DNA of 64,000 bases from Candidatus Poseidoniaceae archaeon (GTDB lineage Archaea; Thermoplasmatota; Poseidoniia; Poseidoniales; Poseidoniaceae), in contig CALSTM010000003.1 in the NCBI GenBank assembly GCA_943789275.1, positions 596,053-660,052 of the forward strand, in the 5' to 3' direction. The notes under the pieces are model-generated. The model worked only from the letters and a program-made list of their open reading frames with translations. It was not told where the DNA came from and searched no databases. Positions 27,459 to 37,101 of this stretch are shown here, piece by piece. The position numbers and the translations under genes are program-made. Position 1 is the stretch's first letter. Each line of letters opens with the position of its first letter.

Positions 27459-30400
27459 TTGCCAGCGGTCTGTACCTTCGAGACCAGCAACGGTACCATT
27501 TGGGGAACACCGACCGAACTGTGGACGCAAACGGCCTACATGGTCTGGGCCAACAACAGCGGTGGGTCCGCCGTCGCCTACCTCAACATCACCGTAGTTG
27601 ACGAACTACCAACGATTGCTTACTCGCCGAACGATTTGGATTTGACCAACAACACGGCAAGCAGTGACCTTCCGCTCTCGCCGACCGTGACAGGTTCTGG
27701 TGAATTTACGTCGTGGGCCATTAACGCAAGTCTTCCGAGCGGACTTACCTTCGAGACCAGCAACGGAACCATTTGGGGAACACCGACCGAACTGTGGACG
27801 CAAACGGCCTACATGGTCTGGGCCAACAACAGCGGTGGGTCCGCCGTCGCCTACCTCAACATCACCGTAGTTGACGAACTACCAACGATTGCTTACTCGC
27901 CGAACGATTTGGATTTGACCAACAACACTGCTTCGAGCGATCTTCCACTTTCGCCGACCGTGACAGGTTCTGGTGAATTTACGTCGTGGGCCATTAACGC
28001 AAGTCTTCCGAGCGGACTTACCTTCGAGACCAGCAACGGAACCATTTGGGGCACACCGACCGAACTGTGGACGCAAACGGCCTACATGGTCTGGGCCAAC
28101 AACAGCGGTGGCTCAAGCGAGGCCTACCTCAACATCACCGTAGTTGACGAACTACCAACGATTGCTTACTCGCCAAACGACTTGGATTTGACCAACAACA
28201 CGGCAAGCAGTGACCTTCCACTCTCGCCGACCGTGACTGGTTCTGGTGAATTTACGTCGTGGGCCATTAACGCAAGTCTTCCGAGCGGTTTGACTTTCGG
28301 TACGAGCAACGGAACAATTTGGGGCACACCGACCGAACTGTGGACGCAAACGGCCTACATGGTCTGGGCCAACAACAGCGGTGGCTCAAGCGAGGCCTAC
28401 CTCAACATCACGGTCAACGATCAAATGCCAACGCTTTCGTATTCACCTGCCAACCTCACGCTCTACAAGAACACCGCCAGCAGTGATTTGCCGTTGAACG
28501 CCACGCTGACCGGTCCTGGAGAGATCACTTCGTGGACCATCGCACCCGGTTTGCCGAACGGTTTGACCTTTGAGACAAGCAACGGAACGATATGGGGCAT
28601 TCCAACACAGCGTATGACCACCACACAGTTCACGGTCTGGGCCAACAACAGCGGTGGGTCCGCCGTCGCTTACCTCAACATCACGGTGCTCCACGAAGCA
28701 CCGATGTTCAGCTATTCATCCTACAACTTGACGCTGGTCAACAACACGGCCATGACTGCAATGGGTGCGCCGATTACGGGTGGCGACGTCACATCGTGGG
28801 AAGTTGAACCGGCTTGGCCAACAGGTCTCTATTTAGGGTCCTTATATGGAACAATTTGGGGAACGCCAACCGTGGTTCAAAACATGACCATGTACCAGAT
28901 TTGGGGCAACAATTCAGGTGGCTCTCACTCTGTCTTCATCAACATCACCGTCGATGACCGAGCACCTTCGTTCACCTACAACCCAGAAAACCTCACCCTG
29001 ACCAACAACACGGTCAGCACTGACCTACCGCTTGTACCAACGGTTTCGAATACTGGAGATGCTCCAACAGGTTGGGTCTTGATGGGCACCTTGCCTGCAG
29101 GTCTCAACTTTGGCACCAACAACGGAACCATTTGGGGTACGCCAACCGAGCTATGGACGACCACAAATTACACCGTATACGGGAACAACACCGGCGGTTC
29201 GTTCAATGTGAGCATCAACATTACGGTCAACGATCAGATGCCAACGCTTTCGTATTCTCCAGAGAATTTGACATTCTACAATGATACTGCCAGCAGCGAC
29301 CTTCCACTTTCGCCGACCATCACCGGTTCAGGCGAGTTTGTATCATGGGCCATCAGTCCATCAGAGCCAAGCGGTCTTTCCTTTGATACTTCGAACGGAA
29401 CGCTCAGTGGAACGCCAACTGAACTGCTGACACGTACAATGTTCACGATTACGGCGACCAACACCGGTGGAACAGCAACAGCGTACATCAACATCACAAT
29501 TGTTGACCAAGTGCCGACGATTGCGTACTCGCCAAACGACTTGAGCATGACCAACAATACGGCGAGCAGTGACCTACCGCTTTCGCCAACCATCACTGGT
29601 TCAGGTGAGGTTGTGTCTTGGAGCATCAGTCCATCAGTGCCAAGTGGTTTGGCCTTTGATACTTCAAACGGAACGCTCAGCGGCACGCCGACTGAATTGC
29701 AGACACGGACAATGTACACCATCACAGCAACAAACACCGGTGGGACAGCAACAGCGTACATCAACATCACAATTGTTGACGAAGTGCCGACGATTGCGTA
29801 CTCGCCAAACGACTTGAACATGACCAACAACACGGCAAGCATTGACCTTCCACTTTTGCCGACCATCACCGGTTCAGGCGAGTTCGTATCGTGGGCCATC
29901 AGCCCATCAGAGCCAAGCGGTCTTTCCTTTGATACTTCGAACGGAACGCTCAGCGGAACGCCGACTGAATTGCTGACACGGACAATGTACACCATCACAG
30001 CAACAAACACCGGTGGAACGGCAACAGCCTACATCAACATCACAATCGTTGACGAAGTTCCGACGATTGTCTACTCACCAAACGATTTGAACATGACCAA
30101 CAACACTGCCTCGCTCGATCTTCCGCTCTCGCCAACAGTGACCGGTTCTGGCGAGTTCGTGTCCTGGGCCATCAGCCCTTCAGTGCCAAGCGGTTTGGCC
30201 TTCAGCACCTCAACAGGTGTGCTCAGTGGAACGCCGACAGAATTGCTGACACGTAGTATGTTCACGATTACGGCGACCAACACTGGTGGCTCAAGTATCG
30301 CCTACATCAACATCACCATTGTTGACGAGGTGCCGACCATTGCTTACTCGCCAAACGACTTGAGCATGACCAACAATACGGGGAGCAGTGACCTTCCACT

Positions 30401-30521
30401 TTTGCCGACCATCACCGGTTCAGGTGAGTTGTGTCTTGGGCCATCAGTCCAGCAGTGCCAAGCGGTCTTGCGTTTGACACCTCGACAGGTGTGCTCAGTG
30501 GAACGCCGACTGAATTGCTGA
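27459..30521 (+). CDS. Frame-shifted fragment of giant locus 2 consisting almost entirely of tandem 91-aa Ig-like (He_PIG-like) domains.
   Basis: The listed start is TTG inside a repeat. There are more than 10 consecutive LPTIAYSPNDLxxTNNTASSDLPLSPTxTGSGExxSWAIxxSxPSGLxFxTSNGTxxGTPTEL units. The end runs out of frame within a unit (TGSGELCLGPSVQQC...). Confidence 0.55.
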   Translation: MPAVCTFETSNGTIWGTPTELWTQTAYMVWANNSGGSAVAYLNITVVDELPTIAYSPNDLDLTNNTASSDLPLSPTVTGSGEFTSWAINASLPSGLTFETSNGTIWGTPTELWTQTAYMVWANNSGGSAVAYLNITVVDELPTIAYSPNDLDLTNNTASSDLPLSPTVTGSGEFTSWAINASLPSGLTFETSNGTIWGTPTELWTQTAYMVWANNSGGSSEAYLNITVVDELPTIAYSPNDLDLTNNTASSDLPLSPTVTGSGEFTSWAINASLPSGLTFGTSNGTIWGTPTELWTQTAYMVWANNSGGSSEAYLNITVNDQMPTLSYSPANLTLYKNTASSDLPLNATLTGPGEITSWTIAPGLPNGLTFETSNGTIWGIPTQRMTTTQFTVWANNSGGSAVAYLNITVLHEAPMFSYSSYNLTLVNNTAMTAMGAPITGGDVTSWEVEPAWPTGLYLGSLYGTIWGTPTVVQNMTMYQIWGNNSGGSHSVFINITVDDRAPSFTYNPENLTLTNNTVSTDLPLVPTVSNTGDAPTGWVLMGTLPAGLNFGTNNGTIWGTPTELWTTTNYTVYGNNTGGSFNVSINITVNDQMPTLSYSPENLTFYNDTASSDLPLSPTITGSGEFVSWAISPSEPSGLSFDTSNGTLSGTPTELLTRTMFTITATNTGGTATAYINITIVDQVPTIAYSPNDLSMTNNTASSDLPLSPTITGSGEVVSWSISPSVPSGLAFDTSNGTLSGTPTELQTRTMYTITATNTGGTATAYINITIVDEVPTIAYSPNDLNMTNNTASIDLPLLPTITGSGEFVSWAISPSEPSGLSFDTSNGTLSGTPTELLTRTMYTITATNTGGTATAYINITIVDEVPTIVYSPNDLNMTNNTASLDLPLSPTVTGSGEFVSWAISPSVPSGLAFSTSTGVLSGTPTELLTRSMFTITATNTGGSSIAYINITIVDEVPTIAYSPNDLSMTNNTGSSDLPLLPTITGSGELCLGPSVQQCQAVLRLTPRQVCSVERRLNC
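27480..28410 (+). repeat. About 3.4 near-identical tandem 273-bp Ig-like-domain repeats within giant locus 2.
   Basis: Spurious antisense ORFs recur at 27606, 27879 and 28152 (period 273) with nearly identical translations. The protein unit TSNGTIWGTPTELWTQTAYMVWANNSGGSAVAYLNITVVDELPTIAYSPNDLDLTNNTASSDLPLSPTVTGSGEFTSWAINASLPSGLTFE occurs three times. Confidence 0.85.
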
Positions 30522-30870
30522 CACGTAGCATGTTCACGATTACCGCAACCAACACCGGTGGAACGGCAACAGCGTACATCAACATCACAATCGTTGACGA
30601 ACTTCCAACGATTGCATACTCGCCGAACGATTTGATTATGACCAACAATACTGTTTCGAGTGATCTTCCGCTTTCGCCGACCATCACCGGCTCTGGCGAG
30701 ATTGTATCGTGGGCCATCAGCCCATCAGAGCCAAGCGGTCTTTCCTTTGATACTTCGAACGGAACGCTCAGCGGAACGCCGACTGAATTGCTGACACGTA
30801 CAATGTACACCATCACAGCAACAAACACAGGTGGGACAGCAACAGCGTACATCAACATCACCGTTCTTGA
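29230..30870 (+). repeat. About six tandem 273-bp Ig-like-domain repeats at roughly 90% identity. They span the frameshift at about 30430-30520.
   Basis: VPTIAYSPNDLxMTNNTASxDLPLxPTITGSGExVSWxISPSxPSGLxFDTSNGTLSGTPTELxTRTMxTITATNTGGTATAYINITIVDE recurs six times. Confidence 0.8.
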
Positions 30871-33121
30871 CATCATCCCAGAAATCTCCTATTCTCCGCC
30901 AGAAATGGTCCTTACAAACAACACTTCGATGGCCTATTGGTCTCCACTCAATGTCGGTGGGCCCGCTCTTTCATGGAGTATTTCTCCAGAACTTTCTCCA
31001 GGACTGTTGTTCGATTCCTCCAACGGTACAATTTCGGGACTACCAACCGAGGTTGCCCCACTGCTCAACTATACAGTCTCAGCGACCAACAGTGGAGGCA
31101 CTTCCGAGTTTAGCATCAACATCACCGTCGTTGGAAACGTTCCTCTCATTGAATATGTGCCGAGTGACATTGTTTTACTCAACAATTCGAGCATACTTGA
31201 TTTGTTACCGCTTTCTACCGGTGGAGCTGTGTTGGAATGGTCAATTACTCCGGAACTGCCGCTCGGCCTTACGTTTGACAACACATCTGGTCGCATGAAC
31301 GGTACGCCTGTTGAAGTGAGCAGCCAAACTCAGTATTCAGTGACGGTCATCAACGATGACGGATTTTTGACTGTTATGGTCAACATCACCGTTGAAGACC
31401 TTGTTTATGAGACCGCTCAAGGCGTTTTCAATGCCCTCAATAAATCGATGATTGAATCAATCGAGCCGCTTTCTTTCATCAGCGATTCAGTGTACGAGAT
31501 TCACCCTGCTCTTCCAACGGGTCTTTCGATTGGACCGTTGAACGGTACCATTTGGGGAGTTCCGAGTGAAGTCATGGAACTGAAGAGTTACACTGTGTAT
31601 TCGAATTCAAGTTTGTTCAATGACACCTTCATCATAATGCTGCGAGTTCTTGAAGACTCAGACAACGATTCCTTACCAGACGCTCTGCCTGTTGGATATG
31701 ATTTGATCGGAGAACTCATTGAAGATTTAGATGATGATGACGACGGTTATTCTGATTTGCTTGAAGACGAGTGTTTGAGCGATTCGCTTGACGATAATTC
31801 GATGCCCGGCGACCTTGACGGTGATTCCATTTGTGACCCGCTGGACAACGACGTTGACGGTGACGGACTGTTCAACCTCTTGGAAGATAGCAGTGGGAAC
31901 TACACATCAATCATTGATACGGGGACGAACCCACTGCTTGCAGATACTGATGGTGACGGCGTTTGTGATGGCCCACTCATCCCTGCGAACGGAGGCTGCA
32001 CAATGGGACCTGATGCCTTCCCGAATGACCCTTCAGCATTTGCCGATACCGATGGAGATGGTATGCCCGACGAAATGTTTGGAAATTCAACCAGTGAACC
32101 ACCGTTGATACTTGATTTGGATGATGATAATGATTTGTGGACCGACCTCCAGGAAGAGGAGTGCGGAACTGACCATCTTGACCAATACAGTGTACCTGAA
32201 GATGCAGACGGTGACGGAATCTGTAACAACCTCGATGAGCGAATGGATCTTTCTTTCAATCTCACCTATCCGATTACCAACCGAACACTCCTCTTGGATG
32301 AAGAGATGGAGCCTTTGCTTCCGAACATCACTGGAATTGGGGAAATTGAGACTTGGGAAATTGTTGGGGAATTACCTGATGGTTTGACCTTTGGATGGAG
32401 TCCAGCTCGAGACGCCCTTCTGGACGGAAGCATCCGAGGTACACCTACTGAACTGATGAACGCCACTGATTTCGTCATTTGGGCGAACAATTCGGGGTAC
32501 AGTCGATCGTTCATGATTACACTTGAAGTTTCATATGAATACTATCCAGAGGATAACAATGCGACACCGCAGGTATTGGGCTACATCTTGTGCCCGCTCT
32601 TTTTGTTGGTTTTGGTTGCCGTGGCTATGCTACTTGTTCCAAAGAAAAAAGTTGTCTTCAGAGATGCTCAGCCACAAAACACGTCCTCTCGTCCGAAGTT
32701 CAAGAGCGGTGCTGGAACTCGGGAGGACCCGTTCATTATCCAGACGCTTACCGGCGTTGAAGCCAGAACGTTTGTGCTTAGCAAGGAATCAATCACGACA
32801 AATGAAGTCTCACCTTCGAGCGTGTTTGACATTCGGGATGAAAACGAGGTCGAGAACGATGGCCGATTTAAAATCCTCAATCACCACAATGAATCTTCTT
32901 CTGTGGAAGAGGAATGGTCACCGGTTTCAAGACTCAACTCTGACCAAGAAGGTGTTCTCATCTACCAATTGGCTTTTGATGACCGTGACTCTGCTACGGT
33001 TCGTGAAAGTTCTTACACGACTTTGTTCAAGGTAGGGAACGAATCCGTGTATTTCCAATGGACGGTCAAGATGAAACCGAAGAAGAACCCGAGGAAGAAG
33101 TCGGGCAAGAAATCAAAGTGA
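30431..33121 (+). CDS. C-terminal segment of giant locus 2. It contains Ig-like domains, acidic TSP3-like Ca-binding repeats, a single TM helix, and a basic cytoplasmic tail homologous to the tail of giant protein 1.
   Basis: The acidic block DSDNDSLPD...DTDGDGVCDGPLIPANGGC...DADGDGICNNLD parallels the corresponding block of gene 1. The TM helix is LGYILCPLFLLVLVAVAMLLV. The tail shares GxGTxEDPF..., ...SVYFxWTVxxKP and the basic C-terminus KKNPRKKSGKKSK with gene 1. This locus has no terminal HhH-like domain. Confidence 0.65.
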   Translation: MSWAISPAVPSGLAFDTSTGVLSGTPTELLTRSMFTITATNTGGTATAYINITIVDELPTIAYSPNDLIMTNNTVSSDLPLSPTITGSGEIVSWAISPSEPSGLSFDTSNGTLSGTPTELLTRTMYTITATNTGGTATAYINITVLDIIPEISYSPPEMVLTNNTSMAYWSPLNVGGPALSWSISPELSPGLLFDSSNGTISGLPTEVAPLLNYTVSATNSGGTSEFSINITVVGNVPLIEYVPSDIVLLNNSSILDLLPLSTGGAVLEWSITPELPLGLTFDNTSGRMNGTPVEVSSQTQYSVTVINDDGFLTVMVNITVEDLVYETAQGVFNALNKSMIESIEPLSFISDSVYEIHPALPTGLSIGPLNGTIWGVPSEVMELKSYTVYSNSSLFNDTFIIMLRVLEDSDNDSLPDALPVGYDLIGELIEDLDDDDDGYSDLLEDECLSDSLDDNSMPGDLDGDSICDPLDNDVDGDGLFNLLEDSSGNYTSIIDTGTNPLLADTDGDGVCDGPLIPANGGCTMGPDAFPNDPSAFADTDGDGMPDEMFGNSTSEPPLILDLDDDNDLWTDLQEEECGTDHLDQYSVPEDADGDGICNNLDERMDLSFNLTYPITNRTLLLDEEMEPLLPNITGIGEIETWEIVGELPDGLTFGWSPARDALLDGSIRGTPTELMNATDFVIWANNSGYSRSFMITLEVSYEYYPEDNNATPQVLGYILCPLFLLVLVAVAMLLVPKKKVVFRDAQPQNTSSRPKFKSGAGTREDPFIIQTLTGVEARTFVLSKESITTNEVSPSSVFDIRDENEVENDGRFKILNHHNESSSVEEEWSPVSRLNSDQEGVLIYQLAFDDRDSATVRESSYTTLFKVGNESVYFQWTVKMKPKKNPRKKSGKKSK

Positions 33122-33130
33122 GGGGTCCCC

Positions 33131-34270
33131 TCAGTATTCGTGGTAACCATCCAATTCTTCATTGGCGAACTCAACCAGCATCTCACCAAGTCCTTGGTCG
33201 GCAAATTTCTTCATTTCAGTGACGATCTTAGCCAAAGCAATACAGATTCCAATCGAGCTGAGTGATCCTAGGGACAGCGCCCATCCGTACCAAGGAAGCG
33301 CTCCATATGTCCTGAACAGTGGGACGACGATAATGAGCGACAAGACCAGCAAAACCACACCTATTCCAGCGACAACGATTCCACCCTTCTTCAGGTGACC
33401 AGCCAAATCTTGACTCGCTTCCGAATCATGATTTTCGACTATTTCTTCTATTTCGACCAACCAATCTCTGTCAAGAGGAGTCGGGTTGTTCTTATCCTGA
33501 TTCTGTTTTTTACAGATGGTAAAGAACTCGTCGATTTGAGCGTCTGTACACGAATACAGTTTCATTTTTCTTGCTAATGCCTCAACAGATGGATGTGCAA
33601 AATGCAACTCACCCCAGACGTTTTTTGCCGATTCAAAATGTACCGGTTCATCCGAATAAGGGATGTCGGATTTTTCATCTGGATTCACTGGCTGGGTGGG
33701 ATTCAATATTTCTTTCACACCACCAATGACAAACAGTCCGGCAATCAAAGTGCTGAACAGAGCAACGAATACAGGTGGTATGAACGGGGCAAAGTTTCCT
33801 TGATCAGTATCGATATTGTTCGGATCTTCGGAATCATATGCAATTTCTCTGGTAGAGTTCTTTGGATAATCGACTTCCCATACTCGGGATTCAAAATGAG
33901 AAACTTTTTCATATCCCGATGCGGAATACGTCTGCTCATCGACGACATAACGTAGAAGGTAGTTGACGTAATAATCGGTACAAGTGGAACTGCTCTCGGC
34001 ATCGCCACATTCGTATTCTTGCGTCTCAATTTCAAGTTGTACAACTCTGGCATCGACGGTCTCCCACGATTGAGCTTCCAATTCATCGGTAAAATCACCG
34101 AGAACAATGAACGGCCAAATACATCCAAGAAGAAATACGACGATTCCGGCGACAAGAAGAGCACCTGGTGAGGACTGATTGGGGCCGCTGAGTTGTACTT
34201 CCATGAACATCAATCCTTGCCGTACTACTTTACCGTAGTCCCGATATCCTTCAAAGGACGCATCTTCCAT
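33131..34270 (-). CDS. Membrane protein of unknown function with the topology TM, soluble domain, two TM helices (DUF3592-like).
   Basis: A 379-aa ORF with hydrophobic helices near residues 35-60, 170-190 and 300-350. It is convergent with giant locus 2. Confidence 0.45.
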   Translation of the reverse strand: MEDASFEGYRDYGKVVRQGLMFMEVQLSGPNQSSPGALLVAGIVVFLLGCIWPFIVLGDFTDELEAQSWETVDARVVQLEIETQEYECGDAESSSTCTDYYVNYLLRYVVDEQTYSASGYEKVSHFESRVWEVDYPKNSTREIAYDSEDPNNIDTDQGNFAPFIPPVFVALFSTLIAGLFVIGGVKEILNPTQPVNPDEKSDIPYSDEPVHFESAKNVWGELHFAHPSVEALARKMKLYSCTDAQIDEFFTICKKQNQDKNNPTPLDRDWLVEIEEIVENHDSEASQDLAGHLKKGGIVVAGIGVVLLVLSLIIVVPLFRTYGALPWYGWALSLGSLSSIGICIALAKIVTEMKKFADQGLGEMLVEFANEELDGYHEY

Positions 34271-34906
34271 CTACCGCCGGGTGAGGACAAACACCGAAAG
34301 GCTGCAACGGCTAAGGTCACGTTGTTCTTCTTCTAAGAGGTCGCTCCATTGAACCCGCTGTACGTGAAAATGTTCTGAAAACAAAGTTTCGACTTCTGAA
34401 TCAGGCAACGCAAAGGGTGGGCCTTGCATCTCTGATTGTGGATAATCAAACGTCACCATGAGGCCCTTACTGCCTTTGGAAGTGAGGTTACACAGTTGTT
34501 CAACATAGGCTTGACGCATGGACGAGGGGAGGGCAACGAGTGCTGCTCGGTCGTACCAAGCATCAAACGGTGCTTCATCCGGTTGGACTTCAAAGAAGTC
34601 AGCATGGTAAAGGTGAATGTTTTCTGTTGAGTATTTTGTGCCGGTTGGCTTCTGGTCAACACTTGCAGTCGTTGAGGCATCTTCAAAAAAATGCTTGACC
34701 GCTTTCTCGACCAGTTCAATCCCGACAACGGCGTGACCTTGTTCATGCAACCAATGCATGTCAAGGGATTTACCGCATAATGGAACGAGCACTTTTGCGC
34801 CGTTGGCAAGATCAAGTGAAGACCAATGATCTTCTAAGGTCGGGTTCGCTTCAAGCCGATGAAAACCAATGCGGTTCTCATCCCATCGCTGGTGCCATAT
34901 GGACAT
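34271..34906 (-). CDS. tpm: Thiopurine S-methyltransferase family SAM-dependent methyltransferase.
   Basis: MSIWHQRWDENRIGFH...VLVPLCGKSLDMHWL...GHAVVGIELVEKAV closely matches the Tpm N-terminal signature (WxxRWxxxxIGFHQ...VLVPLCGKSxDMxWL). Confidence 0.85.
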   Translation of the reverse strand: MSIWHQRWDENRIGFHRLEANPTLEDHWSSLDLANGAKVLVPLCGKSLDMHWLHEQGHAVVGIELVEKAVKHFFEDASTTASVDQKPTGTKYSTENIHLYHADFFEVQPDEAPFDAWYDRAALVALPSSMRQAYVEQLCNLTSKGSKGLMVTFDYPQSEMQGPPFALPDSEVETLFSEHFHVQRVQWSDLLEEEQRDLSRCSLSVFVLTRR

Positions 34907-34910
34907 TCAA

Positions 34911-35777
34911 TCACTGGCCAGTGAAGTTGGCAACACGCTTTTCGACGTAGGCAGCAATTCCTTCTTTGGCGTCAGTACTGTTGAACAAAGACGCTTGCAA
35001 CTCACGCTCGAGAGCCAAGTGGTATTCGAATGGAATCTCTGGGCCGGTTTGGCATGAACGCTTGATGTTTCCAACAGCCTTGACTGCCTTGTTTGGTAGA
35101 GTGAATTGACTGCACCAGTCGAGAATGTCTCGACGGAAATCTTCTGCAGAGCCTTCCCAAATGTGGTTGATGAGGTTGCAGCCGTGTGCGTCCTCAAACG
35201 ACATGAGTTCGCCGGTGACCATCATTTCAAGAGCCATTGCCTTACCGATGAGGCGAGTCAAACGAGCAGTTCCACCGGTTCCAGCAAGAACACCAAGGTT
35301 AATTTCTGGAAGTCCGACTTTGCCTGCGTTCTTTCGAGCGATTCGAATGTCTGCAGCCATAGCGATTTCAAGACCGCCACCTACAGCGTGACCGTTGATA
35401 GCACAAACGACGAGCTTCGAAGTTTGCTCAAGTCGAGAAAGAGTTTCATTGGCGTGAAGACAGAAGTTGTACTTGAAACCTGGAGTGACGCTGTTCAACA
35501 TTTGAATGGATGCGCCGGCAGAAAAGAAGGATGCGCCGTTGCCGGTCAAGACAATGCAAGTGACATCGTCATCGAACCGAGCCTTGACAATTGCCGTGTC
35601 AATATCGCACATCATGGCGTGGGTGTAGGTGTTTGGAGAGCGGTCGTTTGCTCCTTCTAAAGGAGCACCTGCTGAGTCCGAGGTGAGTTCAATTACCGCA
35701 ATTCCGTTGGTGGTAACACCGTAGTTGACAAGACGGTTAGGCATAGGTTCGAGTTTGAGTCCATAGAGGTCGCTCAT
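34911..35777 (-). CDS. Enoyl-CoA hydratase/isomerase (crotonase) family protein.
   Basis: IAVIELTSD...FFSAGASI...INGHAVGGGLEIAMAADIRIA...GLPEINLGVLAGTGGTARL is the crotonase fold signature. The internal ATG at 35777 is chosen, and the ORF track extends to 35810. Confidence 0.8.
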   Translation of the reverse strand: MSDLYGLKLEPMPNRLVNYGVTTNGIAVIELTSDSAGAPLEGANDRSPNTYTHAMMCDIDTAIVKARFDDDVTCIVLTGNGASFFSAGASIQMLNSVTPGFKYNFCLHANETLSRLEQTSKLVVCAINGHAVGGGLEIAMAADIRIARKNAGKVGLPEINLGVLAGTGGTARLTRLIGKAMALEMMVTGELMSFEDAHGCNLINHIWEGSAEDFRRDILDWCSQFTLPNKAVKAVGNIKRSCQTGPEIPFEYHLALERELQASLFNSTDAKEGIAAYVEKRVANFTGQ

Positions 35778-35821
35778 ACATCGACCCACAAGGATTCGCA
35801 TTAAGAACAAATCGCTTTGAA

Positions 35822-37084
35822 TTACTGCGCATCGGTATCGGTTTCAGTATCTTTGGAAAACGAGAGTTTCGCCCCTTGTTTACGAACTTCAGTCCACTGC
35901 TCACCAATGGCAAGTGCTTCAGGTGATTGCTCCCAGACATCTCGTTTGAGGGCTTTACGGAACGGCATTCGACGAACTCCTCGACCGTGAGCCTTGGCGT
36001 CTTTTTCGAGCATGAACGGATTGACGATTCGATAGAGAAGAGATTTGAGCAGCGTTGGGCGGAACAGTTTTCCAATCCAAACTAAGCCGTCCCCACGCTT
36101 CTTCTGGTCTTTCATCCATGCTTTGCACATTCGCTTGAACATACGGTCACCAACACGATTCATCAACCATCGGTTGGCTACACTGGTACGTACATACGGC
36201 ATGAGGTGCTCTCTGACATCCGCTTCATAGTCGCCTTTACCGAGAATGTCATTCGCGGCTAGAACGCCCGACCAGACTGCCATTCTCATGCCGAAGCCCC
36301 ACATGAAATCCTGTAGGCCGCCTGATTCACCAACGTAGTATCGACCGTCTTGCTTGTAATTCCTGTTGATGGTGAAGTCACCTTTACCACCAACTCGCTT
36401 GATGGGTTTACGGTTCAAGTTTGGATAATGTGCTTCGTACCAGGCAATCGTTTCGTTGAGGAACCGTTCACTTTTCTTCTGTTTGCGCCACAAGCACGTA
36501 CAGATCAAGCCAACGCCATCGATGATGATGAGGTAGGAATAGGAACCAGGTGCCAATTTGTCGTTGAGTTGGAAGCCAATATGGTTTGGATGGTCGGTAT
36601 GAAAGATTTCCCCATAGGCAACTGCAGAGGTGCCCTTTGGCCCACAAGCGATAATGGTGCAGTCTTCTTCTTTGACCCTTGACTTGTAATGGATTTGAAC
36701 ACCGGCAGCCAAGGCTTGTCGCTTGAAACCTTGGTCGATGGTATGGTCGGATGTTCCTCGTTCAATGATTCGATAAGCAGTTCCTGGGGTGGTGGCTTGT
36801 GTAATGACATCGTCAGGGTGAATAAGGTCGACCACATCAAATTCTGTTGCTTTGAATTCCGATAAGTCGAAGCCCCATTCTTTCAACTGCTCAAAGAAAT
36901 CAACGCCCATACTCCAGTTTTCCAAGGCTTGGAAATCGCCGTCAAAGCGAGCACCAGAATCGGAGCGAATGTCGTGGACATGGACTTCCTTACCGCCCTT
37001 GGCCAACACCGTGGCAGCAGCAAGACCCGAGAGTCCTGCGCCCATGATGTGGATGGCCTCTTCGCTGCCCATGACACCTCCCAT
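35822..37084 (-). CDS. FAD-dependent oxidoreductase (geranylgeranyl-reductase-like or FAD-monooxygenase family).
   Basis: The N-terminal dinucleotide-binding motif HIMGAGLSGLAAATVLAKGGKEVHVHD (GxGxxG) is present. The ORF is 420 aa. Confidence 0.6.
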   Translation of the reverse strand: MGGVMGSEEAIHIMGAGLSGLAAATVLAKGGKEVHVHDIRSDSGARFDGDFQALENWSMGVDFFEQLKEWGFDLSEFKATEFDVVDLIHPDDVITQATTPGTAYRIIERGTSDHTIDQGFKRQALAAGVQIHYKSRVKEEDCTIIACGPKGTSAVAYGEIFHTDHPNHIGFQLNDKLAPGSYSYLIIIDGVGLICTCLWRKQKKSERFLNETIAWYEAHYPNLNRKPIKRVGGKGDFTINRNYKQDGRYYVGESGGLQDFMWGFGMRMAVWSGVLAANDILGKGDYEADVREHLMPYVRTSVANRWLMNRVGDRMFKRMCKAWMKDQKKRGDGLVWIGKLFRPTLLKSLLYRIVNPFMLEKDAKAHGRGVRRMPFRKALKRDVWEQSPEALAIGEQWTEVRKQGAKLSFSKDTETDTDAQ

Positions 37085-37101
37085 ACAGGCGTGAGGTTTG
37101 A

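Larger units (their letters stand above)
13178..33121 (+). pseudogene. Second giant adhesin-like locus (~20 kb, conceptually ~6,600 aa). It is interrupted by at least 6-7 frameshifts, so it is a disrupted gene or pseudogene, or an indel-error-laden assembly of a highly repetitive gene.
   Basis: The same repeat families continue across every ORF boundary: 13501/13479, about 23300, about 23450, about 25790-25890, about 25950, about 27290-27460 and about 30430-30520. The N-terminal signal peptide is almost identical to that of gene 1. The C-terminal TM helix and cytoplasmic tail are homologous to those of gene 1. Confidence 0.45.
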
